Source of the DNA: a virus
Length of the DNA: 64,000 bases
Strand: one strand, 5' to 3'
Virus record (IMG/VR): IMGVR_UViG_3300002835_000025
The translations under genes were made by a program, and so were the position numbers. Under the pieces are notes generated by a model. That model saw only the letters and a list, made by a program, of their open reading frames with translations. It did not search any database and had not been told where the DNA came from. Within the stretch, counting starts at the first letter, position 1, and each line of letters begins with the position of its first letter. Of the stretch, positions 37,792 to 47,494 are shown in pieces.

Positions 37792-37915
37792 GATGGCGGA
37801 ATATTCTGGTTATATCCCACCTTCAAAAGATGGAGTTTGGGATGCCGATAAACTTGAAGAATATTTGGTAAGATGGGATGCTAAACTCAAACGTAAAGCG
37901 GAATCAATGCAATGA
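37730..37915 (+). CDS. Hypothetical protein (HTH-like)
   Basis: AAGGAG RBS. Confidence 0.55.
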   Translation: MKIVSKEEIMERLGCSKTQVEMAEYSGYIPPSKDGVWDADKLEEYLVRWDAKLKRKAESMQ

Positions 37916-38070
37916 CTAGTCATTGCAAAGGATGTAAATACCATCACATTGCAGGACATCCTAAAGATTCAAGATTAATAAAGCATAATGATTGGTGCTG
38001 TGCTTTTGGTAAAACTGCGTCAAAATGCGTTGGTCATTGTAAACTACAAAATGCTAAGGAACCGAAATGA
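37912..38070 (+). CDS. Small Cys/His-rich protein
   Basis: ATGA overlaps; HCKGCKYH...WCC...C..HC. Confidence 0.55.
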   Translation: MTSHCKGCKYHHIAGHPKDSRLIKHNDWCCAFGKTASKCVGHCKLQNAKEPK

Positions 38071-38321
38071 GCGATTTAATCCAACTAGTAAGCAAAAAAG
38101 AAAAACCATCTGATGCTGAATTCCAAAAGCAACTAGATGATGAATACTATGAACAGATGACTGATCTTAGAGATGAAATAGATTTGGCTCTCACGTTAGC
38201 ATATACCAAAGATGGATTACTATTGACGGTATCTAATGGAGTTGATTCAAAAACTGCTCTTTGGATGATTGAAGAGTTTCGGATGAATTTGTTAACTGGT
38301 TCATTTAACGATTATAAATAA
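38067..38321 (+). CDS. Hypothetical protein
   Basis: AAGGA RBS. Confidence 0.6.
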   Translation: MSDLIQLVSKKEKPSDAEFQKQLDDEYYEQMTDLRDEIDLALTLAYTKDGLLLTVSNGVDSKTALWMIEEFRMNLLTGSFNDYK

Positions 38322-38334
38322 GGAATAAAAATGC

Positions 38335-38362
38335 AAACTGGGAATATTACAGTTCCCAGTTT
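38335..38362. terminator. Hairpin between convergent genes
   Basis: AAACTGGGAA/TTCCCAGTTT 10-bp stem. Confidence 0.6.
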
Positions 38363-38371
38363 CCTAATTAT

Positions 38372-39142
38372 CTAAAAATATTGTTTAAATTCAGGATATA
38401 ATCTAGAAATACATGGTTTAGTATAAGTCTTTCTAGTTTCAATAATCGATAAGAATTTTGGTTGAGGAATTCCTTTCTTTGCTGCAGATATATTTGGTTG
38501 CTTCTTGCCTTTCTTTGTGGCGGATAATTTGTTACCAAATCCTTCTGGTTTAGGAATGCCAGTTTTTACATAAGATAATTTTGCACCAAATCCTTCTGGT
38601 TTAGGAATGCCTTTAGTACTAGATGATAATTTTGCACCAAATCCTTCTGGTTTAGGAATTCCTTTAGTACTAGATGATAATTTTGCACCAAATCCTTCTG
38701 GTTTAGGAATTCCTTTATTTTTAGAAATTCCTCTATTTCCAGGTTTTCCTTTATTATGAGCCGGTTTTCCTTTTGCTGAAGCAGATCGTTTAGCATTAGA
38801 TTCTTCTGATTGTTTCTTGCCAGAAGTAGTAAATCTGATTTTACTACCGTGATGACATCTTCTGTTAAGCATCAATGGATTTTTAAGTTCTTGGTATATT
38901 AGAAACTGTTCTAGGTCGTATGCCTCGAGTGGATCAACAAATTCCTGGATGATGGTATAGTTAAATTCTTGGAATCTTGGTTCAACTGTTTTTGATGATG
39001 TAAAATAGTCAATACCTAAATCCTGATTTGCTGGGACTTTATTGGCTTTACGAAATCCAAAATAAAATTCGCCAGTAGTTGGATTGTCTAGTCTATAGAC
39101 ATAGGATAATACTGGTTCTTGATATATACTTGTGCTGGTCAT
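38372..39142 (-). mobile_element. Free-standing GIY-YIG (Seg-like) homing endonuclease with NUMOD3-like repeats
   Basis: YVY...FYFG, YFTSS, E..L; KQSEESNAKRS; GIPKPEGFG.KL four times. Confidence 0.8.
38517..38720 (-). repeat. Four 51-bp tandem repeats (KGIPKPEGFGAKLSSST)
   Basis: Seen at DNA and protein level; boundaries approximate. Confidence 0.9.
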
Positions 39143-39223
39143 GATAGTTCCTTGAATTATTGATAGAATGATTAGTGCTAGTGGGATGTAGGAGTCCGCG
39201 ACTAGCTTTTTGTTTGTATGATC

Positions 39224-39231
39224 TATTTATA
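39224..39231 (-). promoter_or_regulatory. Late promoter for homing endonuclease
   Basis: TATAAATA on minus strand. Confidence 0.7.
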
Positions 39232-39294
39232 AGATTTAGATGTTGACATTTTTAGAATAGATGATATAATAGATTTTTATCATGAGGAAATAAA

Positions 39295-39528
39295 ATGCAG
39301 GTACTTGGCAAAAACGTATTAGTGTTAAAACAGAAACTAGAATATACTGGATTGATTCAAGGTGTAGAGTCTGATGATAATATTAGAGCAAAGGCAATGA
39401 ATCTTGGTGATGACGTTACCCTAGTGGAATTAGGTAATATTCTTATCCTTAACTGGAAGAAAGCTAAATGGGTATCAGGTGAGTTGTATGTTATCCATGA
39501 AGATGAAATAGCCGCAATTATTGAATAA
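39295..39528 (+). CDS. GroES-like co-chaperonin
   Basis: MQVLG..VLV...GLI...G.DV..V..G...I.EDEI.AI. Confidence 0.75.
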   Translation: MQVLGKNVLVLKQKLEYTGLIQGVESDDNIRAKAMNLGDDVTLVELGNILILNWKKAKWVSGELYVIHEDEIAAIIE

Positions 39529-39539
39529 GGAATTATATT

Positions 39540-39767
39540 ATGTGTGAAACAGTATTGACAGCAGTTAGAGTTAAAATCCTTAAAGCCAACATGAGAACTT
39601 ATTGGTATGCCGGTAAAATTGATGAGGAATTTTGGGTACTTAAAGATGATGACAATTCAGGTTATAAATTAGTCGAACACACTGCGGGTCGATGGATTGA
39701 CTTTGATGACTGTGAAGTTATCCGCGCTGGTAATCTTCGAGTCATTACTACAATAGAGGAATTATAG
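39540..39767 (+). CDS. Hypothetical protein
   Basis: VKI.....YWY..KI.E.F.V. Confidence 0.6.
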   Translation: MCETVLTAVRVKILKANMRTYWYAGKIDEEFWVLKDDDNSGYKLVEHTAGRWIDFDDCEVIRAGNLRVITTIEEL

Positions 39768-40558
39768 TGAAAATAGACGTCATGAGTGATGTCCATCTTG
39801 AATTTGGTTTCTATGAACCAGCGAACGAGAATGGTGCTGATGTTCTCGTTCTTGCCGGTGATATTTGTGTACTTGAGCAATTAGGAAAAGAGTCTTATAC
39901 TAGTATAAAAGAGTTCTTCGAGATGGCATCACATAATTATGATGATGTTGTCTATGTTATGGGCAATCACGAACACTATCATGGTGATATTCTAAATGCG
40001 ACCACAATTTTTAAAGAAAAGTTCCATATACTTAAGAACATTCATCTCCTGGACAATAGTAGTATTGCTATCGGTGATACTACTTTTATTGGGGGCACGC
40101 TTTGGACAAACTTTAATAATGATTCTTATGCAATGAAAACCATTGCTAGGATGATGAATGACTATAGATGCATTGACTATGACGGTAAATTGTTTACTGC
40201 GGGTAAATCGGTAGAATTGCATTATAATACTATGGAATACTTTAACAAGATGGTGCCAGCATTCCATAAAGTCGTCATGGTCACCCATCATTCTCCTAGT
40301 TTTAAAAATCTTAGCGAAAGATTTTCCCAAGGAAATTCATGTTCAGTTAATGATAACAATATAAGAAACCTGGCATACCATTCAAATCTTGATTATTTTA
40401 TACTAGGACATCCTCAAATTAAAGCATGGATTTCCGGACATACACATGATCCATTTGACCATTATCTTGGAGATACCAGACTTGTCTGTAATCCAAGAGG
40501 TTATATTGGATATGAAAAAACTGCTATTAATTATAAACCATTACAGATAGAGATATGA
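39767..40558 (+). CDS. Metallophosphoesterase
   Basis: SDVH, LAGD, GNHE, THH.P, GHTH, NPRGY. Confidence 0.93.
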   Translation: MKIDVMSDVHLEFGFYEPANENGADVLVLAGDICVLEQLGKESYTSIKEFFEMASHNYDDVVYVMGNHEHYHGDILNATTIFKEKFHILKNIHLLDNSSIAIGDTTFIGGTLWTNFNNDSYAMKTIARMMNDYRCIDYDGKLFTAGKSVELHYNTMEYFNKMVPAFHKVVMVTHHSPSFKNLSERFSQGNSCSVNDNNIRNLAYHSNLDYFILGHPQIKAWISGHTHDPFDHYLGDTRLVCNPRGYIGYEKTAINYKPLQIEI

Positions 40559-40673
40559 AAAAACAGACTCCTACACCAGCAATCCACGAACAAAATCCAA
40601 ACTATGAATCCAAAAGAGTAATGCACAATGGTTCTATTGTTGTACTGCATTTTGGACCCAAAAAGAAGACACG

Positions 40674-41234
40674 ATGAAAGTATATCTCGGCAAACCAAAA
40701 AATTTGTGGTTCGGTCCTTATCAATTAGCAGACCTATTAATGCACTTTGGAGTATCAGAAGATAAGTGCGATGAGATAGGAGAAAAGCTAGCAGATTCCT
40801 GGGTTAATGATTTCCTTAATTGGATATATGACCATAACCCGTTAAAGAAACCGACGGAAATAATCCATATTGACGACTGGGATACTTGGAGTATGGATTA
40901 CACTTTGGCCCCTATCATTCTTAAGATGCTGCAGAAATTCAAAGAAAATCTTCATGGTGCACCTGTTGTTGAAGATTGTGATGTGCCTGATAGTATCAAA
41001 TCTATGAATGCTCCTAGAGTCAAAGAACTTTATGATACTGATGAATTCTATTTCAAACGATGGGATTATGTCATTGATGAGATGATATGGTCTTTTGAGC
41101 ATATTGTAAATGATGATTGGGAACACACAGTTCTGGTGCAGTTCAATGACCCAGAATCATATAAATTTATGCAAGACCGAGTAGACAATGGTTTACGTCT
41201 ATTTGGAAAATATTTCCGAAATCTATGGAGTTAA
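40674..41234 (+). CDS. Conserved phage hypothetical protein
   Basis: ID.WDTWSMD.TLA.II, RWDYV.DEMIW.F, G.RLFGKY...LW. Confidence 0.75.
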   Translation: MKVYLGKPKNLWFGPYQLADLLMHFGVSEDKCDEIGEKLADSWVNDFLNWIYDHNPLKKPTEIIHIDDWDTWSMDYTLAPIILKMLQKFKENLHGAPVVEDCDVPDSIKSMNAPRVKELYDTDEFYFKRWDYVIDEMIWSFEHIVNDDWEHTVLVQFNDPESYKFMQDRVDNGLRLFGKYFRNLWS

Positions 41235-41235
41235 A

Positions 41236-41844
41236 ATGATTACTGTTGACAAATTCAAACAAATCTTTCCCGCATGTAAAAATCCTAATGACACAACAAA
41301 AGCACTTAATATTATTCTACCAAAATACGGAATCACTACAAAGGACAGACTCTGTGCATTCCTAGCTCAAACGGGACATGAATCAGGTAGCTTTAATACC
41401 CTTAAAGAAAATTTAAACTATAGCGCTGAAGGGCTTTGCAAAGTATGGCCTAAACGATTCCCTACTCTAGCAGAAGCACAAAAATACCATCGTAATCCCG
41501 AGAAGATTGCTAATAAAGTTTATGCTGGCAGAATGGGCAATGGACCAGAAGATTCTGGAGAAGGATTCTTATATTGCGGACGCGGTGCGATTCAATTGAC
41601 TGGAAAAGAAAACTACACAAAATTTGCGTCAAGCATCGATATGGCAATAGAAGAAGCAGTAGCGTATTGTGAAACTAGAGAAGGAGCTATTGAATCTGCT
41701 TGTTATTTCTGGACTACTCATAACTTGAATGACATTGCAGATAAAGGTGATTTTGTAACATTGACTAAGAAGATTAATGGTGGCACTACTGGACTTCCTG
41801 AACGTCAAGAAATATGGCATAAGGCATTGAAAGTTCTTTCTTAA
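41236..41844 (+). CDS. GH19 (chitinase-like) endolysin
   Basis: FLAQ..HES, ENLNYS, GRG.IQLTG..NY, INGG..GL..R. Confidence 0.92.
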   Translation: MITVDKFKQIFPACKNPNDTTKALNIILPKYGITTKDRLCAFLAQTGHESGSFNTLKENLNYSAEGLCKVWPKRFPTLAEAQKYHRNPEKIANKVYAGRMGNGPEDSGEGFLYCGRGAIQLTGKENYTKFASSIDMAIEEAVAYCETREGAIESACYFWTTHNLNDIADKGDFVTLTKKINGGTTGLPERQEIWHKALKVLS

Positions 41845-41871
41845 TAAATAATTCTATTTGAAGGAATAACC

Positions 41872-42075
41872 ATGTTGTCATTTAAAGAATACTCATTAAT
41901 GGAAGATGGATCTGCTGATGTTGCCAAGATTGGTGATGATATGTCAAAAGTAGATATTAATGTACTTACTACGCATTTGGCATTTCTTGCTAATGCTATT
42001 CCTGGTACAGTACAGTTTCAAATGAAGCAAGATATCGAAACAGAATTAGCAAATAGAAATGCAAAATTAGGATAA
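41872..42075 (+). CDS. Putative internal protein
   Basis: MLSFKEY...E CTS; AATAAATA at 41843. Confidence 0.55.
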   Translation: MLSFKEYSLMEDGSADVAKIGDDMSKVDINVLTTHLAFLANAIPGTVQFQMKQDIETELANRNAKLG

Positions 42076-42141
42076 AATGTTGTACTTTAATACGGTTCTT
42101 GATATAATAGAATCTATACCACAACTTACTAAAGTAATCAA

Positions 42142-43047
42142 ATGAAAACATTTTACGAATATCTAACAGAATCTCCGCAAATACCGTCTAATTTTGCTCT
42201 CACATTAGATTCACTTACTCCAAAGAATAAGGATAAATTTGATGCGGCATTAATTACTCTTAAAGCCGCTATGGAACAAGGAAGCATACGTAAAACAGAT
42301 TTAGATAATATCAAATCTGTTTTCAATAATTCATGCGAGGCTACTTGGGAAAAACATTACCAATATGCTTATCTTAACCAACCTCGCGATGTTAGAGATG
42401 CTGCTCCTCATGCTAAAGAAGAGGAAGACATTTATTATAAAGCCAAAAATTTTAGAAATATGGATGGCATTATCAAGAAATATTCTAAATTTGCAAATAC
42501 GTCTCAATTGATAGGATATGCTATTAGAATTGCCTCTGAGTATGCTTCACTTAAAGATATAATGGATCATTTGGCAACTAATATTGTTAAAGGCAAAGCT
42601 CCTTCATTAAACATTAAGCCTATTAATCCTAATCAAGTAAGAGGAACTTGTGGGTGGTGTTTACGTGATATTGCTATTGATAAAAGTGGTCTAATGTCTC
42701 ACCATGGGTTTACAAGACCTGGAGTCGGATATCAAACACAATCATGCGCTGGTGTAAATTATAAAAATTTAGAAGTATCTCGAGATGGATTGAAAGCCAG
42801 AATTAAAGTCACTGAACAAGAAAAGTCTAATTTAGAATCTCGTTCGAAAGACCTGCCGAAAGTTATAACTCTTAATGTACGAAAAACAGGAAGTCGCGAT
42901 ATCATTACCATAGGAAAAGAAGATCCTAATTGGTCAAAAGCATATCACTCAACTGAAGTAAATCTCGAATCTGAGATTCGCAGTATAACTAAAGAACTTG
43001 AGCAATTAAATCAAACGTTGATAAAGTGGGAAATAAAAACAAAATAA
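42142..43047 (+). CDS. CTS-bearing protein with Zn-binding module
   Basis: MKTFYEYLTE; GTCGWC...HHGF...SC.G. Confidence 0.6.
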   Translation: MKTFYEYLTESPQIPSNFALTLDSLTPKNKDKFDAALITLKAAMEQGSIRKTDLDNIKSVFNNSCEATWEKHYQYAYLNQPRDVRDAAPHAKEEEDIYYKAKNFRNMDGIIKKYSKFANTSQLIGYAIRIASEYASLKDIMDHLATNIVKGKAPSLNIKPINPNQVRGTCGWCLRDIAIDKSGLMSHHGFTRPGVGYQTQSCAGVNYKNLEVSRDGLKARIKVTEQEKSNLESRSKDLPKVITLNVRKTGSRDIITIGKEDPNWSKAYHSTEVNLESEIRSITKELEQLNQTLIKWEIKTK

Positions 43048-43049
43048 TA

Positions 43050-43091
43050 GTGTACTTTAATATGGTTCTTGATATAATAGAACCATATTAA
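43050..43091 (+). promoter_or_regulatory. Palindromic early promoter (50 bp identical to 55466-55515)
   Basis: TTAATATGGTTCT-tgatataat-AGAACCATATTAA. Confidence 0.88.
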
Positions 43092-43109
43092 CTTACCGAG
43101 GATTTTATC

Positions 43110-43319
43110 ATGGCTACTAAATTATTCAAAGTTTCTAAAGAAGGTTCAATAACTATCAAACTGACAAACTTGGAAACTAATCAAACTCTTTCTATCATTG
43201 TTGATGTTGAAGGAAATGACCCAATTGCTACAATAATCAGAGAATCATATTTCTTCAAAAAAGCTAAAGGATATAAATATGATGATTCTTCAGCAATATT
43301 AACCGTAAATTACAAATAA
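43110..43319 (+). CDS. Hypothetical early protein
   Basis: GAGG RBS. Confidence 0.6.
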   Translation: MATKLFKVSKEGSITIKLTNLETNQTLSIIVDVEGNDPIATIIRESYFFKKAKGYKYDDSSAILTVNYK

Positions 43320-43330
43320 GGAAACCAAAA

Positions 43331-43865
43331 ATGTTAAATTTTAAAGAATTTAAAGAACAACTAAATGAAGCAGAATTTACGCCAGATATGAAAGAATCTG
43401 TTAAATTAAGTCCGGCTGAAAAGGGCATATTAACTACAGTATTTGATGATAATAATCACAAAGGTGACGATGACATTCTGTCTGAATTGGAACATGCGAT
43501 TGATCATCATGATATGGCTTCAGGCAAAAACAATATCCAAAAATTAGCACATGACTTCTTAAAAGACATTACTAAAAAAAAAATTAAAAGAAGCTAAACT
43601 TCATAAAGTCGTTTATCACGACACATATTCTTCTGCGGTCCAGCATGCTATGAAACATGCTGAAGATAAAGGATATGATATTGATGCTAGAGATTGGCAA
43701 CAACATGTAGGAGATGGTCCAGGTAAACCATCTGACGGAAAGACTACTAGACATAGTATCCCATTATCCAAGAATGGTAAACCATCCAAAAAGACTTTAA
43801 ACATTCAAGTGTACAATCGTGGAACTGATAATAATTCATACGAATTGAATCATTACATTAGTTAA
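43331..43865 (+). pseudogene. Internal-protein-like gene split by an A10 run (ORFs 43331-43597 and 43650-43865)
   Basis: MLNFKEF CTS; A9 would read KKKLKEAKLHKVVYHDTYSSAVQHAMKHAE in frame. Confidence 0.65.
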
Positions 43866-44181
43866 TGGTCTCAGTCAATTCCGTATAAAATTCTGCTAGT
43901 AATTGCAATTCTCTTAGAGTTGCATCTCTCTTAAGACTATTCGCGCGATTGGATATGACCACTAGATTTCCTGGTACATATCCAATCGTGTTGTTTATTC
44001 TGTCAATCGAATAACTATCATCTCCTGCACATCCCTTATTCCATTTTAGTCTTATTCCTAAAATGGGACATGTCAACGGAAAAGACAAATCACACAGATC
44101 AGTCTTTGTTATAGTAAACTCTATTCCTCTAGATTTTGCTGACGATTTCAATTGTGAATATAATACTGATATTGGTTTCAT
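43858..44181 (-). CDS. HNH-like endonuclease
   Basis: CPILG, SIDRI....GY..GN..VIS.RAN..K. Confidence 0.8.
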   Translation of the reverse strand: MKPISVLYSQLKSSAKSRGIEFTITKTDLCDLSFPLTCPILGIRLKWNKGCAGDDSYSIDRINNTIGYVPGNLVVISNRANSLKRDATLRELQLLAEFYTELTETIN

Positions 44182-44238
44182 GTGTGTACTTATATTAAAA
44201 TTGTGATATAATAGACTTTTATAATTAAGGAGTCTATC

Positions 44239-44784
44239 ATGAACGTTTTCTATCTATCAAAAAATCAAACCGAATGCGCTCAACAGCATGTTGACCGACA
44301 TGTCGTCAAAATGATTCTCGAATATTCCCAATTGCTATCTACTGCCCATCGAGTTTTAGATGGTATAGAAACTGCAGGATTTTCTGAATCGGGCCGTAAG
44401 AAAAAAGTCTGGAAACTTAACAGTTCATACGATAGTATTTTATACTCCGCAACTCATATAAACCATCCATCAGCAATTTGGGCTCGGCACGGATTCGAGA
44501 ATTATCAATGGCTCCATTCTTTGCTTGTAGAATTATGCAAAGAATATACTTATCGGTATGGTAAAATTCATAAATGCGAGGCAACTGGTTTAGTTGATAA
44601 ATTGCAATATGCTCCATTTAATATTTCAACAAAACCTTTTACCGAACCAACTCCTGCAATGCCTGACGAATTTAAGGTCCCAGGCAACTCCGTTTTATCA
44701 TATCAACAATACTATAATGGATCCAAAACCAGGTTACACAGCTGGAAACTTCGTGATATTCCTGAATTTATTAATCAAAAATAA
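44239..44784 (+). CDS. Pyrimidine-dimer DNA glycosylase (DenV-like family)
   Basis: HVVKMILE..QLLSTAH, TH.NHP, EYT.RYGK.H. Confidence 0.75.
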   Translation: MNVFYLSKNQTECAQQHVDRHVVKMILEYSQLLSTAHRVLDGIETAGFSESGRKKKVWKLNSSYDSILYSATHINHPSAIWARHGFENYQWLHSLLVELCKEYTYRYGKIHKCEATGLVDKLQYAPFNISTKPFTEPTPAMPDEFKVPGNSVLSYQQYYNGSKTRLHSWKLRDIPEFINQK

Positions 44785-44869
44785 TTGCATTCTTTTGTGT
44801 ACTTTTATGGTATGTTTGATATAATAGACTCAGATTAACAATTATTGAATTTTGAATAGGAATTAAATT

Positions 44870-45175
44870 ATGAGTAAAGAAATTGCGGCGCAAATCATAG
44901 TCCAAGCAGATAAACTTGGTTGGACTATAAGCATTCACAGAACGATTCTAGTCATTTCAAAGCATATTGAACCTGATAATACTGACGAATTTGTAAAGGC
45001 AGATTCTGAATACCATTCAATTCTCAGTTTATTACCATGTACTTATCCAGGACGTACATGGGGTACGGATGGTAGCGGTATAGGTGCATTATCGGCAATC
45101 AGAAATGGATTGTTTGTAATGAATAAATCTGGTGGTTCAAAACGTGTACTTAATGCATTACAAAAATTAATTTAG
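44870..45175 (+). CDS. Hypothetical early protein
   Basis: Promoter at about 44797-44825; WGTDG.G.G. Confidence 0.65.
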   Translation: MSKEIAAQIIVQADKLGWTISIHRTILVISKHIEPDNTDEFVKADSEYHSILSLLPCTYPGRTWGTDGSGIGALSAIRNGLFVMNKSGGSKRVLNALQKLI

Positions 45176-45185
45176 GAGAATAGAA

Positions 45186-45380
45186 ATGACTGGTGTAATT
45201 TTAACTATGATGATGTACTTTAATGTTGATCAGATTTCTCATGGGACTCCTGAAGTTACCACGATGACATTCGATACTTATGCGGAATGTGAGTTTTATA
45301 TTGAACAACATACTCCTGAAATCCAAAAAGAACTGGAAGATGGGTTACTTGGCTATTCTATGAAATGTGAGGTGTTATAA
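45186..45380 (+). CDS. Hypothetical protein
   Basis: AGGAG RBS. Confidence 0.55.
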   Translation: MTGVILTMMMYFNVDQISHGTPEVTTMTFDTYAECEFYIEQHTPEIQKELEDGLLGYSMKCEVL

Positions 45381-46162
45381 TGAGCACAAATTCAACTATC
45401 GCGATCCAAAATCTTGACGGTACCATTCATCAAATCTATTGCCATTGGGATGGTTATGTTGAACATAATGGTCGAATCCTAAAAGAATATTATAATACAC
45501 CAGCAAAAGTAAAACAATTAGTATCATTTGGTGGCCTGTCGTCCTTGGGTATTCGTTGTGAACCAACCAAAGGCACTGAACATACTTTTGCTTTTCCAGA
45601 AAAGGACACCTGTGTTTATTATGGCCGTGACCGCGGCGAAAAACATACTAAAGTTAAAATCTGGGACAACTTTGATTTTTACAGATACAGATACCAACGT
45701 GAAGAATATAATTACTTATTTGTTGAAGAAGAATGCAAATGGTACCTTATTGGATCTGATGGATGTATATCTGAATTCCTAGAAGAACTTGATAATATTG
45801 CAATAGAAAAAGAGGAAATTATGATACATGCAGCAGTGGCTTATGCCAAAACTAAAGAAGTAGAAACTGACCTTAACAAGATCAAACAAACGGAAATCAC
45901 CAAAGCTCTTCAAGAAATTCAAGTATTGATAAATGATGCTATTAAGAATGGAAAATACACAATTTCTTTTAACAAAGTTGATGGGTTATCTGACCAGACG
46001 TTCAATAAGATTGCTGGAATTCTAGTAACTACACTGAAGGAATATGGTTATGTAGCAAACTGTATTGCTAGTAGGTCACCAGATATGGCAGCATATGCAA
46101 GTTCTGGAATACGTTTTTATACTAACAATGCTGTAATTACTATCAGTTGGGAGAATGCGTAA
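45380..46162 (+). CDS. Conserved phage protein (YCHWDGY family) with C-terminal extension
   Basis: STNS.I, IYCHWDGY..HNG, YGRDRGE, EY.YLF. Confidence 0.7.
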   Translation: MSTNSTIAIQNLDGTIHQIYCHWDGYVEHNGRILKEYYNTPAKVKQLVSFGGLSSLGIRCEPTKGTEHTFAFPEKDTCVYYGRDRGEKHTKVKIWDNFDFYRYRYQREEYNYLFVEEECKWYLIGSDGCISEFLEELDNIAIEKEEIMIHAAVAYAKTKEVETDLNKIKQTEITKALQEIQVLINDAIKNGKYTISFNKVDGLSDQTFNKIAGILVTTLKEYGYVANCIASRSPDMAAYASSGIRFYTNNAVITISWENA

Positions 46163-46283
46163 TGATTGATATTGGACCAAACTTGTTTGAATTACTATCA
46201 ACAATAGTACACACCATTGGGGTAGTATTTGTGGTGTTTCTAATAATGAATGCTTATAACAAAATTTGAAGAGGAATTATAAA

Positions 46284-46730
46284 ATGTTAAAGAGTAACCC
46301 GATTATACAAGAACATCAATTACAAGAAGGCGTTTATCTAAGCGATTATTCGTTTCAGTTACATGCACTCGAGCGTTCTAAATCATATATAAGCAATTAT
46401 TCGTCTCGGTTACATGCACTCGAGCATTCTAAATCATATATTAGAGATCCTGAATTTTTAACAAATAGTTTTGCATGGTATTATGGCGTATGTGATGGAA
46501 TTGAAAATTTACTTGAAGTCATCCCAGAACTGTTATCGCCTGACCGCGAATTTGTAGTGTTATTACATAGAATCAGTAAATCTAATCAACCTAGATATGA
46601 AGGTTGGAGATGGCACAAATGGGGCGACTATATTGGTACACAAACTCCTACTACTGAATACATTTATGACGAACCAATAATCGATTTAGTTTACTGCTAC
46701 CATATCTACGAGACAATCAGTGAAAACTAA
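46284..46730 (+). CDS. Hypothetical with internal 51-bp duplication
   Basis: YGVCD, GWRWHKWG.YIG. Confidence 0.7.
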   Translation: MLKSNPIIQEHQLQEGVYLSDYSFQLHALERSKSYISNYSSRLHALEHSKSYIRDPEFLTNSFAWYYGVCDGIENLLEVIPELLSPDREFVVLLHRISKSNQPRYEGWRWHKWGDYIGTQTPTTEYIYDEPIIDLVYCYHIYETISEN

Positions 46731-46941
46731 AATCCTAATCATGATGTTGGTGTCATTACCCGTAAAGGCTAATTGCATCAACATCGTTAATCTTATGGAA
46801 CAATGCTACACAAAGCAATACCTTGATAGTATTGCTAGTCAAAAGAAGTTCTTCAAGACTCATAAGAAATGCTCTCCCATGAAGTATGTTAAACTAAATG
46901 AGCAATGCCATAAAGGCAAACCTAAGAAGGCAAAGAAATGA
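46720..46941 (+). CDS. Hypothetical secreted protein
   Basis: Signal-like N-terminus. Confidence 0.45.
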   Translation: MKTKILIMMLVSLPVKANCINIVNLMEQCYTKQYLDSIASQKKFFKTHKKCSPMKYVKLNEQCHKGKPKKAKK

Positions 46942-47447
46942 TTAAGACCATTCTGATAGTATCATCGATGATGGCTCCTAGTACTCAAATCTATACAAGT
47001 ACAGGAACTGCCAAGTTTGTTAATCATTCATACCAAATGGTTACTACCAAACCGAAGGTTACTCCTAAAGATATTGACCGTTATATCCATAATGCTTCAT
47101 TGAAGTATCAGGTGGACGAAAAGCTGGTTCGTGCTGTAATCAAAACTGAAAGCACTTATCGAACCAAGGCTGTTAGTAAGAAAGGTGCAGTAGGATTGAT
47201 GCAACTGATGCCTGCTACTGCAGAACGGTTTGGTGTATCAGATCGTACCAATGTCAAAGAGAACATTTATGGTGGTGTACGGTTCCTTAGATTCTTATTG
47301 GATACCTTTGATGGTAATAAGAAACTAGCATTAGCAGGATATAATGCAGGAGAGAATGCTGTGATTAGACACCACAGAAAGATTCCAAATTATCCAGAAA
47401 CAATCAATTATGTAACATTGGTACTAACCGAATATAAGAAGGGCTAA
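46938..47447 (+). CDS. Lytic transglycosylase (SLT)
   Basis: AVIKTES, AVS.KGA.GLMQLMP.TA, ALAGYNAG, ET..YV. Confidence 0.93.
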   Translation: MIKTILIVSSMMAPSTQIYTSTGTAKFVNHSYQMVTTKPKVTPKDIDRYIHNASLKYQVDEKLVRAVIKTESTYRTKAVSKKGAVGLMQLMPATAERFGVSDRTNVKENIYGGVRFLRFLLDTFDGNKKLALAGYNAGENAVIRHHRKIPNYPETINYVTLVLTEYKKG

Positions 47448-47454
47448 AATAAAT

Positions 47455-47494
47455 GTGTATAATTGGTACTAATGTGTTATAATAATACCAATTA
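47455..47494 (+). promoter_or_regulatory. Palindromic early promoter
   Basis: GTGTAT; TAATTGGTA...TACCAATTA around TATAAT. Confidence 0.7.
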
